Source of the DNA: Xanthobacteraceae bacterium
Lineage (GTDB): Bacteria; Pseudomonadota; Alphaproteobacteria; Rhizobiales; Xanthobacteraceae
Reading direction: 5' to 3'
Length of the DNA: 64,000 nt
Assembly: GCA_049646625.1 (NCBI GenBank)
Contig: JBARWE010000219.1
Location: forward strand, 4,361 to 68,360
Part shown: positions 27,968 through 36,833 of the stretch, one piece after another
Position numbering within the stretch: position 1 is the stretch's first letter
How the letters are laid out: every line of letters begins with the position of its first letter
Made by a program: the position numbers and the translations under genes
The notes under the pieces: model-generated
Seen by the model: the letters and a program-made list of their open reading frames with translations, nothing else
Database searches by the model: none
Told to the model about the DNA's origin: nothing

Positions 27968-28467
27968 GGGTTGAACTCCGGGTCAATGGGCTGCCGCGCA
28001 GCGCCGACGTCGAGCCGCGCAAGACGCTGCTCGACGTGCTGCGCGACGATTTTCGTCTGACCGGCGCCCATGCCGGCTGCGAGCACGGCGTTTGCGGCGC
28101 ATGCACCGTGCTGCTCAACGGCGATGCGGTGCGCTCGTGCCTGATCTTTGCGGTGCAGGCCGACGGCTATGATATCACCACGATCGAGGGACTGGCGCCA
28201 TCGCCGGGCGAACTCAGCGTCATTCAGGATGCGTTCTGCGAAGCGCATGGCCTGCAGTGCGGCTATTGCACGCCGGGCATGATCTTGAGTGCGCATACGC
28301 TGTTGCAGCGGACGCTGACGCCAACACGCGAAGATATCGTTGAAGCGATTTCCGGAAACATCTGCCGCTGCACCGGCTACGGCCAGATCGTCGAGGCTGT
28401 CGAGATCGCCGCCGAGCGGCTGAGGCAATCCAATACGCAGGGGATCTCGCGCGAGGTTGCGAAATGA
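27964..28467 (+). CDS. [2Fe-2S] small subunit of a molybdenum hydroxylase (CoxS-like)
   Basis: ATGA overlap with the upstream gene. Cys motifs CEHGVCGACTV, CGYCTPG and CRCTGY. Confidence 0.92.
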   Translation: MRVELRVNGLPRSADVEPRKTLLDVLRDDFRLTGAHAGCEHGVCGACTVLLNGDAVRSCLIFAVQADGYDITTIEGLAPSPGELSVIQDAFCEAHGLQCGYCTPGMILSAHTLLQRTLTPTREDIVEAISGNICRCTGYGQIVEAVEIAAERLRQSNTQGISREVAK

Positions 28468-30857
28468 GTGCGCCGGTTAACTTGCGCTTTGTCTCGCGTA
28501 ACCGCCGCGTCCGTGAGGACCGCCGCTTCGTCACCGGCAATGGCTGCTACGTTGCCGACGTCGCGCTGGCCGACGTTCTGCACGTCGCGCTGGTGCCATC
28601 GCAGTACCCGGCAGCGCGCATCGAGGCGATCGACATCAGCGCCGCACAGGCAATGCCAGGAGTACATTACGTCCTGCTCGGCGAGGAACTGGCGGCCGCT
28701 ACCGATCCGCTAATGAACGGTCTTCACACGCCCGAGGTGAAGCGCTATCCGCTCGCCGTCGGCCAGGTCCGCTACGCCGGCGAGTGGGTCGCCGCCGTGG
28801 TGGCCGACAGCCGCGCGCAGGCCGAAGACGCGGCGGAGCGGGTCCGCGTAACCTACCAGCCGCTGCCGTTTGTCATCGATCCAGAAGAAGCGCTCAAGCC
28901 GGACAGCCCGGCCGTCCATTCGGCTCACGGCTCGAATGTCCTGCTCAACAAAACTTTTGTCTGGGGTGATGTCGACAAGCATTTCGCCGAGGCCGAACGC
29001 ACGCTGTCATTCCGCGTCACCTGGGGCCGCAGTTCGACCGTGCCGATCGAGACTTTCGGCGTCGTCGCGTCGTGGAATCCGTGGCGCGAGGTTCTCGATG
29101 TCTGGGCCTCGATCCAGATGCCGAAATACCCCGAGCAGGTCGCCCGCTCGTTGCGAATTCCGGCCAACAATGTTCGCGTCAATCAGGATATCGATGTCGG
29201 CGGCGCTTATGGCGTCAAGCGCGGCATCAAGCACACCATTCTGGTCGCGTACCTGTCGCGCCGACTCGGACGCCCGGTTCGCCTGATCGAGGATCGCCTC
29301 GAGAATATGCGCGCGGGCGACGCGCAGGGGCCGGAGCGTATCTTCGATGTCGATCTCGCCTTCAATACCGACGGCCTGATCAAATCGATGAAGATGCGGG
29401 CGCTCGACAATGCCGGAGCCTATGCCGGCCGCGCGCCATTCCAGCTCGGCAAGCCGATCGGTGCCATCGTCGGGCCTTATCGTATCGAGAGCGTCAAATA
29501 CGTCGCCCAGTCCGTCACCACCAACAAGGGTGTCGAGGAGGCGGTGAAGGGTTTTGGCCAGTCGCCAACCAACTACGCAATTGAGACGGCAATCGAGAAG
29601 GTCGCGCAAGCCACCGGCCTCGACCGCATCGAAGTGCGCCGGCGCAACTTCATCCGTAAGGAAGAGTTTCCTTACCTCATTCCCAGCGGCACCCGCTACG
29701 ACAGCGGCGACTATCACGGCATGGTCGACAAGGTGCTAACCCACGTCGATTACCCGGCGCTGGTGCGCGAGCGTGACCGGCTGCGTGCCTCGGGCCTGCT
29801 CGCCGGCATCGGGCTTGCGGCCTGCCTTGAGCCGAGCGGCGGTAACTCCGCGTTCGAGCCGTTGCTCAATGAAAGGAACAAAACCTCGACCTGGATGGAC
29901 TCCTGCCGCATCAATGTCGACGGTGCCGGCTATCTCAGCGCGACCATCCACACGCTGTCGTCCGGCCAGGGTCACGAGACGCTCGCCGCCACGGTGATCG
30001 GCGAAGTTCTGGAGATCAATCCCGACCTGATCCGCATCGTGCGACCCGACTCGCTCGCCTGCCTGCCGTCCAACGCTCCGGTCGGCAGCCGCATGGCGAT
30101 CATGCTCGGCGGAGCGGCATTCCATGCCGCGCGCAAGCTCAAGGAAAAGCTCGTTGCTATTGCCGCGCAACAATTCGGCGTTGCCGCTGGGGAACTGACC
30201 TACGCGAACGGCGGCGTATCGCATGCGGCAAGCAGCAAGCGGCTGGATTGGGCCGACCTCGTCAACATCGCCCATCGCAACTACCACCTTCTGCCACCAG
30301 GTATGGAGCCGGGCCTCGAAACCACGCATGTGATGCAGGTGCCGACCGGCACCAAGCTGCCCGAGAACGGCCGCGTGCAGATGTATCCGTGCCACTCGTT
30401 CGAGTTTCACGTCGTACTGGTGGCGATAGATCCGATCCTCGGTAAGCCGGAGATCCGTCGCTATGTCATCGGCCATGATTGCGGCACGATTATCAATCCG
30501 CACATCGTCAAGGGCATGACCCTCGGCGGCATCGCCCACGGCATCGGCGCGGCGCTGTTTGAGGAATTCGTCTACGACGAGCAGGGCCAGATGACGACGC
30601 AGAGTCTAATGGATTATCTGCTGCCCTCATCGCATGAGGTGCCACAGGTCGAGATCGTGCACCAATGCACGCCTTCGCCGCATACCGTCTTCGGCCAGAA
30701 GGGCGCTGGCGAGAGCGGCTATATGGGAGCACCGGCGGCGATGTCGGGCGCCATCAACGACGCCGTCAGTGCGCTCGGCATTTCCTTCGTCAAACTGCCC
30801 ATCCGCATTTCAGCCATCGGCGATGCCATCGCCGAGGCGCAATCAACCAAGGCATAA
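28464..30857 (+). CDS. Molybdopterin-binding large subunit of a molybdenum hydroxylase (CoxL-like, not a CO dehydrogenase)
   Basis: 797 aa with aldehyde-oxidase/XDH a/b-hammerhead and Moco domains. The loop reads NAGAYAGRAPFQ, where form I CODH has VAYRCSFR. Confidence 0.88.
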   Translation: MSAPVNLRFVSRNRRVREDRRFVTGNGCYVADVALADVLHVALVPSQYPAARIEAIDISAAQAMPGVHYVLLGEELAAATDPLMNGLHTPEVKRYPLAVGQVRYAGEWVAAVVADSRAQAEDAAERVRVTYQPLPFVIDPEEALKPDSPAVHSAHGSNVLLNKTFVWGDVDKHFAEAERTLSFRVTWGRSSTVPIETFGVVASWNPWREVLDVWASIQMPKYPEQVARSLRIPANNVRVNQDIDVGGAYGVKRGIKHTILVAYLSRRLGRPVRLIEDRLENMRAGDAQGPERIFDVDLAFNTDGLIKSMKMRALDNAGAYAGRAPFQLGKPIGAIVGPYRIESVKYVAQSVTTNKGVEEAVKGFGQSPTNYAIETAIEKVAQATGLDRIEVRRRNFIRKEEFPYLIPSGTRYDSGDYHGMVDKVLTHVDYPALVRERDRLRASGLLAGIGLAACLEPSGGNSAFEPLLNERNKTSTWMDSCRINVDGAGYLSATIHTLSSGQGHETLAATVIGEVLEINPDLIRIVRPDSLACLPSNAPVGSRMAIMLGGAAFHAARKLKEKLVAIAAQQFGVAAGELTYANGGVSHAASSKRLDWADLVNIAHRNYHLLPPGMEPGLETTHVMQVPTGTKLPENGRVQMYPCHSFEFHVVLVAIDPILGKPEIRRYVIGHDCGTIINPHIVKGMTLGGIAHGIGAALFEEFVYDEQGQMTTQSLMDYLLPSSHEVPQVEIVHQCTPSPHTVFGQKGAGESGYMGAPAAMSGAINDAVSALGISFVKLPIRISAIGDAIAEAQSTKA

Positions 30858-30868
30858 GAGTTACGCTT

Positions 30869-31843
30869 ATGATTATCGACTGCCACGCCCACCTCGTCCC
30901 GCCCAGCCTGCTTGATGCGATGCGTGCGCAGGCGGCGCAGTTTCCCTCGGTCCGCCTGATCGAGGACGGCGGTAGCCTCGCCTTCTCGTTTGCCGGTGGC
31001 AAGCCGACGCGGCCGGTCTCCAAAGGGTTGAGCGACATTCCAGCACGGCTGCGCTGGATGGATGAGCAGACTATCGATCGCCAAGTCAATGGCGCATGGC
31101 TTGATATGTTCGGCTATGAAATTCCCGCCGCGGAAGGTGCGCGCTGGTCGCGGCTGATTAACGAGCATCTTGCCCGTACCGCCAAGGCCGAGCCGCGGCT
31201 GCTGGCGCTGGCGACCGTGCCGCTGCAGGATGGCGCGGTGGCAGCCGAGGTGCTGCGCGAGGCGCACGGCAACGGCTTCAAAGGCGTGATGATCGGCACC
31301 CAGCCCAAGGGCGTCGGCGGCGTGCTCGACGATCCGTCGCTGATACCATTCTGGGAGACCGCCAACGAGCTTGGCTCGGTCGTCTTCATCCATCCGGTGT
31401 TCGAAAGCGGCGACAACCGCGTCCACGACTATGGCATGGCCAACGCCGTCGGCCGCATCACGGATACGCTGATCGCGGTGTCGCGCCTGATCTATGCCGG
31501 CCACGTCACGCGCTACGCCAACACACGAATAGTTGTCGGCATCGGCGGCGCGGCGCTGCCTTACGTCGTCGGCCGGCTGCGGCGCAACTTCACCGTCAGC
31601 AAGGACAAGCTCGGCGACCCCGATGCGGCGCTGGCGGTGCTCTATTACGACACTATCGTTCAGGATCGGCGTTCGCTGCGTTTTCTCGCCGACGTCGTCG
31701 GCGCCGAGCGCATCATGATGGGTTCGGACATGCCATTCCCGATCGGCGATCTCGCGCCGCTTCAGATCGTTGCCGACACTGGCTTCTCCGAAGCGGAGTG
31801 TCGCGCCATCAATGGCGGACTCGCCGCCCGGCTGTTGGCCTGA
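30869..31843 (+). CDS. Amidohydrolase_2 family protein (ACMSD/LigW-type metal-dependent decarboxylase or hydrolase)
   Basis: Starts MIIDCHAHLVPP (HxH metal motif). Also FIHP and a later D ligand context (MGSDMPFP). Confidence 0.82.
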   Translation: MIIDCHAHLVPPSLLDAMRAQAAQFPSVRLIEDGGSLAFSFAGGKPTRPVSKGLSDIPARLRWMDEQTIDRQVNGAWLDMFGYEIPAAEGARWSRLINEHLARTAKAEPRLLALATVPLQDGAVAAEVLREAHGNGFKGVMIGTQPKGVGGVLDDPSLIPFWETANELGSVVFIHPVFESGDNRVHDYGMANAVGRITDTLIAVSRLIYAGHVTRYANTRIVVGIGGAALPYVVGRLRRNFTVSKDKLGDPDAALAVLYYDTIVQDRRSLRFLADVVGAERIMMGSDMPFPIGDLAPLQIVADTGFSEAECRAINGGLAARLLA

Positions 31844-31858
31844 CCGGCGGAGATACGC

Positions 31859-32326
31859 ATGAAGCTCGATATTAGCGGAACAGAAACGATCGCGTCTCCG
31901 GTCGAAGTGGTTTGGCAGGCGCTCAACGATCCACAAGTGCTGACCCGCTGCGTTCCCGGCTGCAAGGCAATGACCGAAATCGCTCCCGATACTTATAAGC
32001 TTGATATGCAGTTGCGAGTTGCCGCGGTGTCCGGTTCGTTCGAGGGCGAAATCAGCCTGTTCGACAAGGCGCCGCCGACCGTCTGCAACATCAAGGTGTC
32101 CGGAGCCGGAACGCTCGGTCATGGCAACGGCACAGCGCGTTTTGAACTGACCGCCGACGGCGACGCCGCCGCGCGCCTCACCTATCAGGGCAGTGGCGAG
32201 ATCGGCGGCCTTGTCGCCGGCGTCGGCCAGCGCATTCTCAGTAGCGTTTCCAAGCATCTGATCGGCCGGTTCTTCACCGCCCTGCGCAAGGAGTTCGAAC
32301 CGTCGATGGACAAGACCGCGACCTAA
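31859..32326 (+). CDS. CoxG-like SRPBCC (carbon monoxide dehydrogenase subunit G family) protein
   Basis: 155 aa. VWQALNDPQVLTRCVPGC ... SGSFEGEISL parallels the coxG product at 35337-35978. Confidence 0.82.
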   Translation: MKLDISGTETIASPVEVVWQALNDPQVLTRCVPGCKAMTEIAPDTYKLDMQLRVAAVSGSFEGEISLFDKAPPTVCNIKVSGAGTLGHGNGTARFELTADGDAAARLTYQGSGEIGGLVAGVGQRILSSVSKHLIGRFFTALRKEFEPSMDKTAT

Positions 32327-32414
32327 CGCGGCGGACGATCCGCCGCGACGATAGGAGGCCGGTGAGACGTAACGACACTGCAGTCATAATGAACTGAACA
32401 AAGGGAGGGCTATC

Positions 32415-33386
32415 ATGAAGAAAATTCTATTCGGTCTTGCTGGATTCGCGACGGTATTGTCGCTGTCTCCTGCGTACGCGCAAACACCGGTTCCGCTGTC
32501 GATCGTCGTATTCGGTCCGCCGTCGCTCGGCGCATTCCTGCCGCCGGTTATCAAAGCCCATAAGCTCGATGAGAAACACGGCCTTGCCATCAAGTTCGAG
32601 GAGCGGACGCCGGACGCTTACGCCGCACAGTTCAACTCCGGTGAGTTTAAGCTCGGCGGTAGCGCGGCGCTGCTCACCGTCGGGCTTGCCGATACGCGCG
32701 GCATCAAGGTGACCTACCTGTTCAACCTGTTCGACTTCTGGGGCGCGGTGGTGACGTCGCGGTCGGACATCAAGACGGTGAAGGACCTCGAAGGCAAGGA
32801 TATCGCTGCGGCGAAGGGGACCACCAACTATGTGATGTTCGAGTGGTTCGCGCGCCAGCTCGGCGCCGATCCGTCGAAGTTCTCGGTGGTCAACACGGCA
32901 ACGCCGGGTCTCGTCGGCTACGCGATGGCCGACCGCGCCACTGCCATCCAGCTCTGGGAGCCAGCCTACACCACGTTGATCACGCGCAAGCCGGACATCC
33001 GCACCATCGATCTGCATATCGCCGATCGCTGGAAAAAGTTCACCGGCAGCACCAACATTCCCTATCTCGGCGTCGCCGCGCATATCGACTGGGTTAAGAA
33101 GAATCCTACCCTGGTGTCCAAGTTGTACGCTGCCTACAAGGACGCCGCCGAGTGGGTCGCGGCCAATCCCGATGAGGCAGCAAAGCTGATTGCCGCCAAG
33201 GGCACGGACGAACAGCGCCAGGCCATCGCCACGCTCATTCGCGCTAATAACCGGCTCGGTATGAACGTCAAGTGGGCGTCGGACGTGAAGAAGGAAATCA
33301 CGCAGGTTTACGCGGCGGGCAAATCGTCGTCGTTCCTTGCCTCTGATCCCGACAGTTCGACCATCTACCAGGCTTCCGGAAAATGA
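32415..33386 (+). CDS. NitT/TauT-family ABC substrate-binding protein (NMT1/THI5-like)
   Basis: Signal peptide MKKILFGLAGFATVLSLSPAYAQ. It is followed by a cognate permease and ATPase. Confidence 0.78.
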   Translation: MKKILFGLAGFATVLSLSPAYAQTPVPLSIVVFGPPSLGAFLPPVIKAHKLDEKHGLAIKFEERTPDAYAAQFNSGEFKLGGSAALLTVGLADTRGIKVTYLFNLFDFWGAVVTSRSDIKTVKDLEGKDIAAAKGTTNYVMFEWFARQLGADPSKFSVVNTATPGLVGYAMADRATAIQLWEPAYTTLITRKPDIRTIDLHIADRWKKFTGSTNIPYLGVAAHIDWVKKNPTLVSKLYAAYKDAAEWVAANPDEAAKLIAAKGTDEQRQAIATLIRANNRLGMNVKWASDVKKEITQVYAAGKSSSFLASDPDSSTIYQASGK

Positions 33387-34195
33387 CCGGTTCCACGCAG
33401 ACGATGCCGTCGCCGCAGCTTGCTACGCTGGCTGCGACGGCCAAGCGGGTGGGGTCGCTGGCGCTGCCGTTTATCGCTGTCGCCGTGGTCTGGCAGATTG
33501 CCGGGCTGTTTTTCCCGCGGTTCCTGTTTCCGTCGCTGATCGACGTCTTCTGGCGCTGCGTCGAAATCCTGGTGACCGGCTCCATGCTGAGCGACGTCAT
33601 TGCTACCGTGCTGCGCATTCTTGGCGGCCTGGTCGGCGCGTTCGTCTGCGGCAGCCTGGTCGCGCTGGTAATGGCGCGATCGGCGGCCGCCGATCGCTTC
33701 CTGGCGCCGATCCTATCGTTACTTCAGGGCATTCCTGCGCTGTCCTGGGTGGTGTTCGCCATCATCTGGTTTCATGGCATCGAGTTCCGCATCTTCTTCA
33801 TCATGGTGGTGACGACGCTGCCGGCATTCACGTTCCAGGTGCTAGGCGCGCTGCGGGCGATGTCCAAGGACCTGACCGAGATGGTGCTCAGCTTCCGGCC
33901 GACACGCATGAAGCTGTTCCGTGCGATGATTCTGCCGGCAGTGCTGCCGGACATCCTGACTGCCTGGAAGGTCAACCTTGGTAATGCGTCGCGCGTCGTC
34001 GTCGTCGCCGAACTGGTCGGCGCCACCGGCGGCATCGGCTATGAGCTTCTTCAGCAGCAACAACTCTTTGATATGGCGGGAGCACTCGCATGGACGCTGC
34101 AAATCGTGTTTTTTGTGCTGATTATGCAGACGGTGTTGACCCTGATCGAGAACACGGCCTTCCGCTATCGCGCGGTGTCGGAGCGCTCGATGTGA
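33383..34195 (+). CDS. NitT/TauT-family ABC permease
   Basis: 270 aa, hydrophobic, BPD_transp_1 type. ATGA overlap with the SBP gene. Confidence 0.85.
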   Translation: MTGSTQTMPSPQLATLAATAKRVGSLALPFIAVAVVWQIAGLFFPRFLFPSLIDVFWRCVEILVTGSMLSDVIATVLRILGGLVGAFVCGSLVALVMARSAAADRFLAPILSLLQGIPALSWVVFAIIWFHGIEFRIFFIMVVTTLPAFTFQVLGALRAMSKDLTEMVLSFRPTRMKLFRAMILPAVLPDILTAWKVNLGNASRVVVVAELVGATGGIGYELLQQQQLFDMAGALAWTLQIVFFVLIMQTVLTLIENTAFRYRAVSERSM

Positions 34196-34959
34196 GCTAC
34201 ACCCTCAACGATGCAGGCGTGGCGATCCATCTTGGCGGGGTGTCCAAGATCTTTGGCAAGGCCGGCAGCTCGACGGCATTCCGCGCCGTCGATGATCTCG
34301 ATCTCGATGTGCGCTCCGGCGAAATGCTGGCGGTGCTTGGCAAGACCGGCTGCGGCAAGTCGACCATCTTCAATATGGTTGCCGGCCTGACCGAGCCGAC
34401 GAGCGGCACCGTTCGCGTCAACGGCCACGACCCGTTCAAGAACTTCAACGCCTTTCGCGGCGAAATCGCTATCGTATTTCAGGGCGATCGGCTGTTGCCA
34501 TGGCGGACCGCGCTCGCCAATGTCGAGCTTGGGCTTGAGATTCTCGACATGCCGGCCAAGGAGCGGCGCGACATCGCGCAGCTCTGGCTGACCAAGCTCG
34601 GACTAGATGGCCATGAACGCGATTTCCCGCACGCGCTGTCCGGCGGCATGCGCCAGCGCGTCTCGATCGCCCGCGCCTTCGCTACCAATGCGAGTATCCT
34701 GTTGTGCGACGAGCCATTCTCGGCGCTCGATGAGATTACCGCCAACCGTCTGCGCGGCGAGTTTCTCAAGCTCGTCAAGGAAAACGGCAAGACCGCTGTT
34801 TTCATCACGCACTCCATCAACGAGGCGCTGCAGATCGGCGATCGCATCGTCGTGCTGAAACGGCCGGCCAAGATCGCCTACGACGTCAATCTCGCCAATG
34901 CCACAGCGGCCGACAAGCAGGCGATCCGTGAGCGGATCGAGGAAATCCTGTCAGCGTGA
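34192..34959 (+). CDS. NitT/TauT-family ABC ATP-binding protein
   Basis: GTG overlaps the permease stop. Walker A GKTGCGKST, signature LSGGMRQR, Walker B LLCDEPFSALD. Confidence 0.88.
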   Translation: MSYTLNDAGVAIHLGGVSKIFGKAGSSTAFRAVDDLDLDVRSGEMLAVLGKTGCGKSTIFNMVAGLTEPTSGTVRVNGHDPFKNFNAFRGEIAIVFQGDRLLPWRTALANVELGLEILDMPAKERRDIAQLWLTKLGLDGHERDFPHALSGGMRQRVSIARAFATNASILLCDEPFSALDEITANRLRGEFLKLVKENGKTAVFITHSINEALQIGDRIVVLKRPAKIAYDVNLANATAADKQAIRERIEEILSA

Positions 34960-35026
34960 TTGATCCGCTCCTTTCTGAGTGGCCCATGGACTATCATCGT
35001 CTGGGCCGGGAAGGACGTTGACCGGG

Positions 35027-35140
35027 ATCACGAAAGTCGATGCCGGTGGCGGCAACGACACTGTCTATTCGGCAACCAGCATAAGCGGTCATGTCGTCTA
35101 CGACGGCAATGCCGGTACGGACAGGCGGAAGGTCTCATAG
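35027..35140 (+). pseudogene. Fragment with hemolysin-type (RTX) calcium-binding repeats
   Basis: Translation ITKVDAGGGNDTVYSATSISGHVVYDGNAGTD contains GGGNDTVY and GNAGTD nonapeptide-like repeats. There is no start and no context. Confidence 0.3.
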
Positions 35141-35232
35141 GCGCCCATGATCCGGTCGAAGCCGAAGCGATGCGTGATCGGGCGCAACGGGTCGATTTTC
35201 TTCGCCTGCACGGTTTTCAAAAGCATCGGCGT
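35128..35232 (-). pseudogene. C-terminal fragment of a zinc-dependent alcohol dehydrogenase family gene
   Basis: Minus-strand translation TPMLLKTVQAKKIDPLRPITHRFGFDRIMGAYETF matches the conserved MDR-family C-terminal region. The rest of the gene is absent. Confidence 0.5.
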
Positions 35233-35336
35233 GTATCGCAACAGCCGTAACTATAGCGCACGACCGTGGCGACCAGTTATGGAGGGCGGAGGCAGGCAGT
35301 CGCTATCCGGTTGAGATCGGCTGCCGCTTCATCCGG

Positions 35337-35978
35337 TCAGACGGAACCGGGCGTGCCTAACGCATGAGCGGCGGCGGACTGGCTGCAAATGGTGTCCGGC
35401 AGGGCTTGTGCGTGGTGGATACCGGTCACGCAACACCAGTTCGCGCCGGACATCATCAGAAGGCCGATCACCGCCGAGGTTCCGGTAAGTTTCGCAAGCC
35501 ACCCCGCCTTACCCTGTTGCTGCGGCTGAGCCGTCGTGCCGGAGACTTTCTCCGCAAAGGAGTCAAAGAACTGGCCGGCAAGTTTTTTGGCCGTCGAATC
35601 GATCAGCCGCCCGCCGAGTTGCGCGATCTTGCCGCCGACCTGGGCGTCGACGGTATAGTGCAGGATGGTGACATCGTCGCTTTCGGCCTCCAGCCGCACG
35701 ACAGCCCCGCCTTTGGCGAATCCCGCGACGCCGCCGGACCCTTCGCCAGAAATCCGGTAGCCGTTCGGCGCATCGATCTCCGATAGCGTCACCTTGCCGC
35801 CGAAGCTCGCTTTCACCGGCCCGACCTTGAGGACAACCGTTGCGGTCATCTCGTTCGGGGCGGTCATGTCGAGGCTTTGGCAGCCGGGAATGCAGGCTTT
35901 CAACACCTCGGGATCGTTGAGGGCCGCCCACACCTTGTCTTGCGATGCGGGAATCCGTTGGCTGTCGTTCATCTGCAT
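35337..35978 (-). CDS. coxG: CoxG (SRPBCC) accessory protein of CO dehydrogenase, with a hydrophobic C-terminal extension
   Basis: ATG 35978 follows GAGGA. VWAALNDPEVLKACIPGC ... KASFGGKVTL, with C-terminal TSAVIGLLMMSGANW. Confidence 0.85.
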   Translation of the reverse strand: MQMNDSQRIPASQDKVWAALNDPEVLKACIPGCQSLDMTAPNEMTATVVLKVGPVKASFGGKVTLSEIDAPNGYRISGEGSGGVAGFAKGGAVVRLEAESDDVTILHYTVDAQVGGKIAQLGGRLIDSTAKKLAGQFFDSFAEKVSGTTAQPQQQGKAGWLAKLTGTSAVIGLLMMSGANWCCVTGIHHAQALPDTICSQSAAAHALGTPGSV

Positions 35979-35988
35979 GGTGCGATCC

Positions 35989-36825
35989 TCAGTGGTCCGA
36001 AGGAGAGGCGGGATTGCGCTGGCCGCGCCGGCGCTCAGTCGTGATCTCCGCAAGGATCGACATCGCGATTTCTTCCGGCGTGATGGCGCCGAGGTCGAGG
36101 CCGGCCGGCGCCTTGATGCGGTCGAGCGCCGCCGCCGCAATGCCCGTGTCGATCAGCTTGTCGCGCAGCGCCGTCATCTTGCGGCGACTGCCGACAAAGG
36201 CGTGGTAAGCGGCGTCGATGGTCAGCGCGGTTTTCAGCGCCGCCTCGTCGCCCTTGCCCTGGGTCGAGACGACGACGAAGCGTTTCGCTTCGTTGAGGTA
36301 GCCCGGCTCGAAGCCGTCGACGCGAACATCGGCGTCGGGCGTCTCGGCGAAATCGGACGATGGCGCCGCGATCGTCACATGATAGCCCAGCGCCCGCGCC
36401 TGCGTCGCAAGCGACAGGGCCACCGGGCTGGCACCGAGGATGACCAGCGAGGGATGAGGCAAGACCGGCTCCACGAAGATATCCATGGTGCCCTTGCTAG
36501 GGCACATGTTGTTGGCAAAACGGATACCGTCGCGGCTTTCGCCCGGCCTGACCCCGAGTTCGGCCAGCAGGTTCTCCGGTTGCACCGAGATCATGCGCGG
36601 CTCGCCGTCGCTCAACGCTTCCCGTGCCGCCCTGAGCACCGCGCCACGCGCGCAGCCGCCGCCGATCCAGCCGGCGACGATGGTGCCGTCGGGGCGGATC
36701 ACCGCCTTGGCGCCGGCCTTGGCGGCGGTCACCGAGACGGTGCGAACCACGGTGGCAAGTGCAAACGGCTGTTCGTCCGCCTTCAGTTGCGCAACGAGAT
36801 CGATCACTTCGACGTGCGCGGTCAT
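35989..36825 (-). CDS. coxF: XdhC/CoxF-family molybdenum-cofactor maturation protein
   Basis: 278 aa. FALATVVRTVSVTAAKAGAKAVIRPDGTIVAGWIGGGCARG plus a Rossmann-like half. The position after coxE fits. Confidence 0.8.
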   Translation of the reverse strand: MTAHVEVIDLVAQLKADEQPFALATVVRTVSVTAAKAGAKAVIRPDGTIVAGWIGGGCARGAVLRAAREALSDGEPRMISVQPENLLAELGVRPGESRDGIRFANNMCPSKGTMDIFVEPVLPHPSLVILGASPVALSLATQARALGYHVTIAAPSSDFAETPDADVRVDGFEPGYLNEAKRFVVVSTQGKGDEAALKTALTIDAAYHAFVGSRRKMTALRDKLIDTGIAAAALDRIKAPAGLDLGAITPEEIAMSILAEITTERRRGQRNPASPSDH

Positions 36826-36833
36826 GATCGCTC

